A stretch of 62,219 nucleotides of DNA from a virus (Duplodnaviria > Heunggongvirae > Uroviricota > Caudoviricetes). The DNA is taken from IMG/VR virus record IMGVR_UViG_3300033148_004507, one strand, 5' to 3'. Positions within the stretch are counted from its first letter, which is position 1. Every line of letters begins with the position of its first letter. The notes below the pieces were generated by a model. The model ran no database searches and was not told the origin of the DNA. It saw only the letters and a program-made list of their open reading frames with translations. Made by a program: the position numbers and the translations under genes. Shown piece by piece: positions 46,354 through 54,086 of this stretch.

Positions 46354-46905
46354 ATGGGAAATAAAGGCCGTGGTTGGAGAAATGAGTCACATCGACACAG
46401 ATTAGCGGGTATGGGAATACCTACTATTAAGAGAGGACTCAAATCAACAGATAGACTTAAAAGAGATTTATTAATTGATGTCGATGGATATATACTTGAA
46501 AAAGATAAGTATGGTAGATATTATGTTATCCGTCCTGACCTTATTACTGATAGCTTATATATCGATTTATGGGGCAACATATTTTATGATGACCCGCATA
46601 AGATACCAGACAATATAATGAGCATAATTGAAACCGAAATAAGAGAAGATTTAGAATACGATATAGCAATGTTCGACTCATCTGGTGAAAGGCAAAGACA
46701 TTCTTTGGCAACAAGAGGATATGTAAGAATGCCTGATGATAGTCTAGTCAATATAGAAATGTCTGAAGAAGAAAAAGAAAAAATAAATAATATGTTAGAG
46801 AGGGGAGATATAACCATGCCAAATTCAGAAAACATAAGCGAATCAGATGAAGCTATTAGAATGTTTGAAGCAGTACAGGAAGCTAAGAGAATAAGGAGGC
46901 TATAA
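46354..46905 (+). CDS. Leader-tag protein 10 (second degenerate tag internally)
   Basis: GWRNESHRHRLAGMGIPT; FDSSG-ERQRHSLATRGY. Confidence 0.8.
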   Translation: MGNKGRGWRNESHRHRLAGMGIPTIKRGLKSTDRLKRDLLIDVDGYILEKDKYGRYYVIRPDLITDSLYIDLWGNIFYDDPHKIPDNIMSIIETEIREDLEYDIAMFDSSGERQRHSLATRGYVRMPDDSLVNIEMSEEEKEKINNMLERGDITMPNSENISESDEAIRMFEAVQEAKRIRRL

Positions 46906-46906
46906 A

Positions 46907-47614
46907 ATGGCAGGAGTTAAAGGCATGAAATGGGGTAGGACAAAGAGACAAACAAAAGGCAAAGGTCAAGGCTGGCATGGTGAAAGCCGAAGGCATTGGT
47001 TAGCCAAATTTGGCATTAGTACAGTTCTCCCAGATGGCAGGAGACTTCCTGTTGATAGATTCATTGCGATGGGCAATAAATCAGAACATTATCAAGAAGG
47101 ATATGAGGATGGAAGATTTTCTGCTGAAGTCAACATAGGCGAAGATTTCCATGAAATGATAGAAGCCTATAAAGAGGACAGAATCGGAGAGATAGTTCAA
47201 GAGCTTAGAGAGAATCAAACTCAAATGTCTGGCGACATATCATATGATGTAATGTATGATGAAGATGATAAGCCGAGTAAAACCAGATGGATAAAGCCAT
47301 CGGAATACGAGGAATGGGAAGAAGGATACTATAACGGTTTTTATGAGACTATTAGATTAGAATATATCCATGATAATATTATGGCTATTTATGATAATGG
47401 TGGAAGGTCATTTGATAGATATTCGATTATTTTCAAAGATGGAGATTTGGTTGGAATGAGTCATAATCCAAAATCACCACAAGGATTTAACCAATATTCA
47501 GGAAATATTAAGGAATGGGGTTTAAAAGATTTAAGCCATCTTGGGAAAGAAACAAATATTAAAGATTTAAGCCCTGAAATTCAGAATGCTATTGAGAAAA
47601 GGATAGGTGATTAA
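46907..47614 (+). CDS. Leader-tag protein 11 (GVKGMKWG followed by extended leader)
   Basis: MAGVKGMKWG...GWHGESRRHWLAKFGIST VLPDGRR; FIAMG; payload YDNGGRSFDRY...PQGFNQY. Confidence 0.8.
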   Translation: MAGVKGMKWGRTKRQTKGKGQGWHGESRRHWLAKFGISTVLPDGRRLPVDRFIAMGNKSEHYQEGYEDGRFSAEVNIGEDFHEMIEAYKEDRIGEIVQELRENQTQMSGDISYDVMYDEDDKPSKTRWIKPSEYEEWEEGYYNGFYETIRLEYIHDNIMAIYDNGGRSFDRYSIIFKDGDLVGMSHNPKSPQGFNQYSGNIKEWGLKDLSHLGKETNIKDLSPEIQNAIEKRIGD

Positions 47615-47615
47615 T

Positions 47616-48662
47616 ATGAGCAACGGCAAAGGTAGTGGATGGAAGGGTGAAAGTCACAGGCACAGGCTTGCAGGCATGGGCATTAAGACCGTGAATGATT
47701 TCAATTATAGCGGAGAAAATGGTCAGCTATTGGTCAGCAACGGTGTTACTGAATCATTTGCTAAATTGGGTGCAAAATTAAAGACTGGTTTTGCCAAGGC
47801 TAAAGTAGGGGTAGTTGATTTAGCGAGAGCTGGAGTTGAGAAAGGAAAAGAATTAAAAGAAGAAATATCATCCAAAACACATTCCACTCCTGACACGGCA
47901 GTTCCAATGATTCCACCAAGGGAAGGTCAGCCAGCATCAAAAAAGAAAAAGATTGGTGGTGCGGTAAAAACAACGGACACCCCATCTCAATTGAGAGCGA
48001 ATAAATCAAAAGAGGATATTGAAGGCATTAAGAGGCAAGCAAAAGCAACCCAGGAGTTCGAAGATGCAGTAGAAGATGTTTCTGATATTAGAGGGAAAGA
48101 CACCACATCACGTCCAGAAGGACAGCGAACATCAAGTGAACATCTGGACAGGACAATCAAAGGCGTTGCTCGAAGCGGTAGACAAACCAGGCCAGATATA
48201 AATGTCAATCAGGCCATGATGGAGAGTATAGATGCTGATGACATCATAGCCCTTGCTCAAAACAAGGAACAGCTTATCAAGTATACAACTGCACTTCAGC
48301 ACGACATGAATAAGATTGATGCCGAGAGGAAGGCGATGTCTGACGAATTCAAAAACATCGAAAGGACGAATCATAAAACTCTTCAGAATAGTCGTAGACT
48401 TCAGATGTCAAATTCCAAACAAGAGGTAGATAATATTAAGATGTCTGGACTTAAAAAACATAAAAGAGATAATAAAATCAAGCAAATCAAGATTAGAGAT
48501 GAAGCAGATTACAGAGGAAAGAGTAACGTCCTAAAAGACCAGAGGAGGCAACATCAAGTAGACCTCAGATTCGCAGATGACATCAACAAAGACTTAAAGA
48601 GACTGCATCGACAGATAGACAAAAGAGTTAAGATGATGATTGCATCAGGACAACCGCAATAA
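47616..48662 (+). CDS. Leader-tag protein 12 (long, basic, coiled-coil; core/scaffold candidate)
   Basis: GWKGESHRHRLAGMGIKT; LVSNG; ends MIASGQPQ. Confidence 0.8.
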   Translation: MSNGKGSGWKGESHRHRLAGMGIKTVNDFNYSGENGQLLVSNGVTESFAKLGAKLKTGFAKAKVGVVDLARAGVEKGKELKEEISSKTHSTPDTAVPMIPPREGQPASKKKKIGGAVKTTDTPSQLRANKSKEDIEGIKRQAKATQEFEDAVEDVSDIRGKDTTSRPEGQRTSSEHLDRTIKGVARSGRQTRPDINVNQAMMESIDADDIIALAQNKEQLIKYTTALQHDMNKIDAERKAMSDEFKNIERTNHKTLQNSRRLQMSNSKQEVDNIKMSGLKKHKRDNKIKQIKIRDEADYRGKSNVLKDQRRQHQVDLRFADDINKDLKRLHRQIDKRVKMMIASGQPQ

Positions 48663-48719
48663 ATATAAACAAAAACAGACATGTAGATATTTAATACAAT
48701 ATCTAATGGAGACTAGAAA

Positions 48720-50018
48720 ATGAAGGGAAATCCGAGAATAATAAAGATAGTACCAGTAATAGTAATAGTTTTAACATTATTAATGCCTGTTTTAGTGACT
48801 GCCTTACCAACTCACTTACCAGTATCTACAGATAATGAATATGAGGATTCCGCTACAGTTTGGGGGCGATATATAGCATGGAGAGTCGGAGTTGATAAAA
48901 ACGCCGATGGAGATATTGATATTAATGAACCATCCTGGATTATGCTACATGATACTACCACGGGAGTATCTGAAGCGATTACTCCAACAGAGAGTGCAGG
49001 CTATAGGACAGCAAGTTTTTATTATCATGCTGAAGCTCCCAAATTATATGGTAGTAAGCTAACATATTTAGATTTAGTTGGTACTGCACATAACAAATAT
49101 ACACTAAGAATGTATAATATTACAACAGATGAAACATATGAAGTACCATATGCAAATCAATTGCCAGCATTATCTGGATTGTTATCTACGAGACATGATT
49201 TTTATGGTGATTGGGTAGCCATTTCATCATATCAAACTACGCATAGGCAATTATATCTATATAACATTGAGGATAATATTGCGAGAGTTTTATTGCCAAC
49301 AACAGAAACAGATGTAAGTGTAATAACAGTATATATGAATGATGATTTTGCATCATATACAAAATTAAATACTGTAACAGATATATGGAGTTTGGGAGTA
49401 TATAATTTCAGTTCTAATAAGAATGCAATAATAGCGACCCCTGTAACAATATCTGAAATAATTGTTGGTAGCGTATATAAAAACTACATAGGTATATCCT
49501 ATGAGACATCTCTAAATTATAATGGAGCATTAATGAACCTAAATGGGATTGGTTGGGATACTGGTTCATGGACAGGGAATCCTCCATCTCAAACATTTAA
49601 TTGGGATAATTTACAGAGCAATATAACAATTTTTGATGATGATACAACATATCATACATTGAATGTAATTATCTGGGGTAATTATGTTTTCTATAATAAT
49701 GCGACAACAAATTATGATAGTAATGTAATGGTATATAATATAAATAATGATGAAATATCATACGTTACAAATAGCATATATAGGCAGGTTTTAACTGATG
49801 TATATGACGATAAGATATTATGGCATACAAATGAGAATAGTTTAGTATATGACTACAATGCTAAAGCAAATTTCGACATATATCGTACACAAACAGATTT
49901 AGAAACTTTAGGCCAAGATGTTATCAACATGGCTCCTCTAATAATAATTACATTATTCTTTGCCTTTGCACTTGGAGCATTTTTACTATTTGGGAGAAAT
50001 GGCGGGGGTAATTACTAA
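48720..50018 (+). CDS. Secreted beta-propeller (TolB/Methanosarcina-type repeat) protein with C-terminal TM anchor
   Basis: Signal peptide; repeats WGRYIAW, YGSKLTY, YGDWVAI, WGNYVFY, YDDKILW. Confidence 0.75.
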   Translation: MKGNPRIIKIVPVIVIVLTLLMPVLVTALPTHLPVSTDNEYEDSATVWGRYIAWRVGVDKNADGDIDINEPSWIMLHDTTTGVSEAITPTESAGYRTASFYYHAEAPKLYGSKLTYLDLVGTAHNKYTLRMYNITTDETYEVPYANQLPALSGLLSTRHDFYGDWVAISSYQTTHRQLYLYNIEDNIARVLLPTTETDVSVITVYMNDDFASYTKLNTVTDIWSLGVYNFSSNKNAIIATPVTISEIIVGSVYKNYIGISYETSLNYNGALMNLNGIGWDTGSWTGNPPSQTFNWDNLQSNITIFDDDTTYHTLNVIIWGNYVFYNNATTNYDSNVMVYNINNDEISYVTNSIYRQVLTDVYDDKILWHTNENSLVYDYNAKANFDIYRTQTDLETLGQDVINMAPLIIITLFFAFALGAFLLFGRNGGGNY

Positions 50019-50032
50019 ATGGAGGAATTATA

Positions 50033-52708
50033 ATGAAAAAGATATTAAGTATTGGATTGATTAGCCTAATGATTTTAACAATAATAACACCACTGGCAAA
50101 TGCAGTTGAGCAAGATAATCTTATAGTAAACGGAACTTTTGATGAAAACATGGATAATTGGAATCTTTTAATGTCTGAAAATTTCACTATATCATCCGAA
50201 GCTAGTAATTGCGTATTCAACACAACACACACAGATTTATTAGCAGATATGAATTATACTGATTTTCAAAACAACGTTACTTTGGTGAATATGACCTATC
50301 ATTATAATGATTTGTATGAAGGCACACCCACTCCATTAATATTAGGAGATGGATATATAGAACTAGTAAATACAACCACAAATCTTTTTAATCTATCATC
50401 AGATGGTTGGGAATATCAAGAAGTTGATTACCCCGAAGGGTATTTTGTTCAGGATGGGGGTAATTACACAATAGAAAGCAAGCAAAACCCTAGTTTTATA
50501 GTACCAGTATATGAAGATTATGACACTGATGAGCCGTCACAAGCAAACTTTCAAGGTAATGGAGAGAATTATTTCAAATGGAATGATAACAACGCAATAG
50601 AATGCGAATTTATAAACAACTGGACAGGTTTTGACATATCAGCTCGAAGATATTGGGATATTCCAGATATTGATAATCGTACATTTGAGATTGGTGATAC
50701 ATTTACATACGATACATTTGTACAATTAAACAATACCATACCTCATGATAGTGGTAGTATGACATTTATTATAATGAATAAAACATTTGATTCAACAGCC
50801 GATGCAGATGGAAATGCAAACGGAATATTAGCATCAATTTATGATGGTTCTAATGGATATGACGGTTATTGGGGTATTCGATTTTATGCAGGAGGCAGTA
50901 TTGGTGATGATGGTTATATCGCAGTAAGTGGTATAATAACGGATGCTGAATTTACTGATGGTGTTTGGCTAACAATATCTAACGAAGTTATAAGCACTAC
51001 TCCATTCTTTATAGAACCGACAATAGAAGTACATACAGATTCATATGTTTTAAAAGCATCAGAAACACTACCACCATTTCAATTAAACTATACATTAGAT
51101 TCCATAGCAATAAGTAATTTAGACTATGAAATGAATTTTTTTGGTTCACAAAGTCAAAATGAAACCGCAAATGGAAATGTATCGCATATTGGGTATTGGC
51201 ACATACCCGCATCGATGAGTACTAATACACAAGCACAATTCACAAAAACTATTAACATAACTAAAAATATGACCGTTGATGCTAAAGTATTATACAAACA
51301 TTATTATGATGCTCAAGCAGGATATATCTATTCTAATGCAACATTAAACAACAATCAAATAGATGGTGGAATGTCAGATTATGTAATATATACAAATAGT
51401 AAAAAGATACCATTATCTTGGCGTGAAGGTAAACTTGCAGAATCCGTTATAGTTGAACAAGGCACATTAGAATGTAATTTATCAACAATACACTCAACTG
51501 TAGAAGGCAATATTGATTTCCCTGCAAAATCAACACAATGGAAAGACCTTTGGGTGAATGGTACTACATACAATATGACTGGTGAAGTCATTTCTAATGT
51601 CAAGACAATGAATTATTTAGCCGATTGGCTTGAATTTACAATGTCGGTAGAAAAGCCATATGATACTACAAACCAATATTTCATAGCATATACAAGAAAT
51701 GGAGATACAGATACACCAGATGGTAGTTGGTCAAGTTGGTATGAAGTAACAAATTGGTATAGTGAAAATAATGATGAAGATTTAACATATTTTGGGCATA
51801 TTAATTCTCCAAATTCAGTCTATGGTCAGTACAGGGTAGAATTTTACAATAATATTACAGAAGAAACAATGAAAATTCATTCAATGGGATTATATTTAAC
51901 ACAAGCAGGTGTTAATGATGAATGGGGTTCGATAGAGCAGAAATTCACAAAACCATATACAAATTACACTACCTTAAAATATGATTATAAAATAGATTAC
52001 TTAAACAATACATCCAATGGTAATATTACAGTTATGGTGGATGATTATGTAGTAGCACAACATGACTTCACATTCTTCGAAACAAATTGGATAACTGAGA
52101 TACATTCTTTACCGATAGCATTTAATTCATCTGGGACATATAGTTTAAATATAACAGTAGAATCATCTTTCAACTCTACAAATGGCACAGCAATAATATT
52201 CTTCGATAACATTGAATTGCTAATTGAGAATCAAGCCCCTATAATTACATCATTTAATGTCCATAACGGTACATCAGTCGTAGATTTCAATGGTACATTT
52301 ACAGACCACACAAGAGATTCGAATTTTAATTATCTTGGCATGACTGGAATAGAATCTGCTAATATTAGCATTGGGATATTTGAATTTGATATTGATACGA
52401 TAACTTATATTGGTAATGGCACATTCTGGTTTGAAACAACTTGGATTGACCCTCCATTTGAAATATCGAGAAGAATCATACTAAATGCCACAGTTACGGT
52501 AACTGACACAACAGACTTATATGATACAGAAATGGTATCTGTACAATTACCAAGAGCATTTGATTGGATAATGGCATTGATGACATTTGGATTTGTAATG
52601 GTCATAATTATATTAATATTCCAGAGGCATCTTATGACTGGATGGGATTCGAACAAGAGTACAAGCGATGAGAATTTACTACCGAATATCATCACGGGAG
52701 ATAAATGA
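50033..52708 (+). CDS. Large secreted glycoprotein, CBM-like N-terminus, C-terminal TM anchor
   Basis: Signal peptide (ANA|VE); LIVNGTFDENMDNW; many sequons. Confidence 0.8.
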   Translation: MKKILSIGLISLMILTIITPLANAVEQDNLIVNGTFDENMDNWNLLMSENFTISSEASNCVFNTTHTDLLADMNYTDFQNNVTLVNMTYHYNDLYEGTPTPLILGDGYIELVNTTTNLFNLSSDGWEYQEVDYPEGYFVQDGGNYTIESKQNPSFIVPVYEDYDTDEPSQANFQGNGENYFKWNDNNAIECEFINNWTGFDISARRYWDIPDIDNRTFEIGDTFTYDTFVQLNNTIPHDSGSMTFIIMNKTFDSTADADGNANGILASIYDGSNGYDGYWGIRFYAGGSIGDDGYIAVSGIITDAEFTDGVWLTISNEVISTTPFFIEPTIEVHTDSYVLKASETLPPFQLNYTLDSIAISNLDYEMNFFGSQSQNETANGNVSHIGYWHIPASMSTNTQAQFTKTINITKNMTVDAKVLYKHYYDAQAGYIYSNATLNNNQIDGGMSDYVIYTNSKKIPLSWREGKLAESVIVEQGTLECNLSTIHSTVEGNIDFPAKSTQWKDLWVNGTTYNMTGEVISNVKTMNYLADWLEFTMSVEKPYDTTNQYFIAYTRNGDTDTPDGSWSSWYEVTNWYSENNDEDLTYFGHINSPNSVYGQYRVEFYNNITEETMKIHSMGLYLTQAGVNDEWGSIEQKFTKPYTNYTTLKYDYKIDYLNNTSNGNITVMVDDYVVAQHDFTFFETNWITEIHSLPIAFNSSGTYSLNITVESSFNSTNGTAIIFFDNIELLIENQAPIITSFNVHNGTSVVDFNGTFTDHTRDSNFNYLGMTGIESANISIGIFEFDIDTITYIGNGTFWFETTWIDPPFEISRRIILNATVTVTDTTDLYDTEMVSVQLPRAFDWIMALMTFGFVMVIIILIFQRHLMTGWDSNKSTSDENLLPNIITGDK

Positions 52709-53484
52709 TGAAATTCGTAAAAGGCTATTGCAGAGAGGGTCAAGTATTCAGAGGCAACCAGAAATTACCAAAAAAAAAGAGCAGTAATAAAAGCATATCT
52801 CAAAGCGATTCAAATAATGATTCTATACCAAAGACACAAGAATTAACCCCCTCTCAGAAAGTCAAATTAGATAAAGACATCAACACCGCCAATACAGTAT
52901 CATATGATAAGGCTTATAAAGATTATATGAAAAGAGAGGCTGAGAAGGTAAAATCGGAACGGAAAGCAATTAAGAATCAATCTCAGAATTCAAAAGGTTC
53001 TGGTTGGCATGATGAAAGTCAGAGACACGCACAAGCTAGGATGGGCATTAAGACTGCAAACAATACACAGTCTCCAGATACTATTCAACAACCTACAGAT
53101 ATTCCATCAGATGCTCCTACAGACATAACGAGTGATACAGGTCAAGTAAAACTTGCAAATAATATTCAAGATGATATGCATAAACTTGATAAATTATTAA
53201 GACATGCTACTAATTTATCTGACAAAAAAAGAGCCACTGAAAAACTGTTGGAGGCTGAGAAATATTATTTAAGATTATCTGATAAAATGAAACATCATAA
53301 AAATAATGTGGGAGAACTTCCCCAATGGGTTAATCAGACATGGCAAGGTACTGAAGATTTTGGTATAGATGGAACCGTAAGAAAGAAAATGGATAAGCTA
53401 TTGAATGCAGATAAAGATAACTTCGAGAAGAGGCAAGTCGAATTATTTAATGCAGTTAGATTGCCTACAGAACCAATTAGGTGA
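52705..53484 (+). CDS. Leader-tag protein 13 (tag internal, about 53000-53055)
   Basis: GSGWHDESQRHAQARMGIKT after a low-complexity N-terminus. Confidence 0.75.
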   Translation: MMKFVKGYCREGQVFRGNQKLPKKKSSNKSISQSDSNNDSIPKTQELTPSQKVKLDKDINTANTVSYDKAYKDYMKREAEKVKSERKAIKNQSQNSKGSGWHDESQRHAQARMGIKTANNTQSPDTIQQPTDIPSDAPTDITSDTGQVKLANNIQDDMHKLDKLLRHATNLSDKKRATEKLLEAEKYYLRLSDKMKHHKNNVGELPQWVNQTWQGTEDFGIDGTVRKKMDKLLNADKDNFEKRQVELFNAVRLPTEPIR

Positions 53485-53489
53485 TATGG

Positions 53490-54086
53490 ATGAAAAAGAA
53501 CAAAGGAAATGGATGGTATAATGAAAGCCATAGGCACAAATTAGCCTCAATGGGAATTAAAACAACATATAAATACAAAGGTAGTGGTAAGAGAAAACTT
53601 CAAATAATGCTTCCAGAATATACTAAGCAACAGATTACACACATAACAAAGATGGCTGACGAAGGCTCAAAAGAGTGGATTGCAGAGCTTAAAGTCAAAA
53701 ATGGGCAAATATATATGAATGACATCCAAATATCTCAGGAAGTAGACCACAGCTACCTTCATTGGGACTCAGGTGATGAGTTAGAAGATGTCGGATACAT
53801 ACACTTCCATCCGAAGAGCCTAATCCCCGAATTCACAGCACAGGACTTCGTATTAGCCATTAATGTTCACAATCTGAGAAAAAATAAAAATATATATCCA
53901 TATACTATTATGGGATTAATATACCCCACTAAAAAAGGATATGAAATCAAAATGTTCGGAATTAATCCAAGTGAAAAGAGAATTGAAGATTTCGAAGGCT
54001 TAATAGCTGTCGAAAGTAATATGAAAGATAAGTTAAAACAGATGGAGGCATCTGGAGAGCTAATCAAAATGAGGGAGAGAAAATAA
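53490..54086 (+). CDS. Leader-tag protein 14: JAB/MPN(JAMM)-like metalloprotease
   Basis: GWYNESHRHKLASMGIKT; KEWIA (Glu) ... IHFHPKSLIPEFTAQD (HxH-x8-T-x2-D, close to JAMM HxH-x7-S-x2-D); ends MEASG. Confidence 0.7.
   Translation: MKKNKGNGWYNESHRHKLASMGIKTTYKYKGSGKRKLQIMLPEYTKQQITHITKMADEGSKEWIAELKVKNGQIYMNDIQISQEVDHSYLHWDSGDELEDVGYIHFHPKSLIPEFTAQDFVLAINVHNLRKNKNIYPYTIMGLIYPTKKGYEIKMFGINPSEKRIEDFEGLIAVESNMKDKLKQMEASGELIKMRERK

Noticed and set aside
41545-47030. ESRRH read as a twin-arginine (Tat) signal
   Set aside because: No hydrophobic h-region follows, and most family members have HR or QR instead of RR
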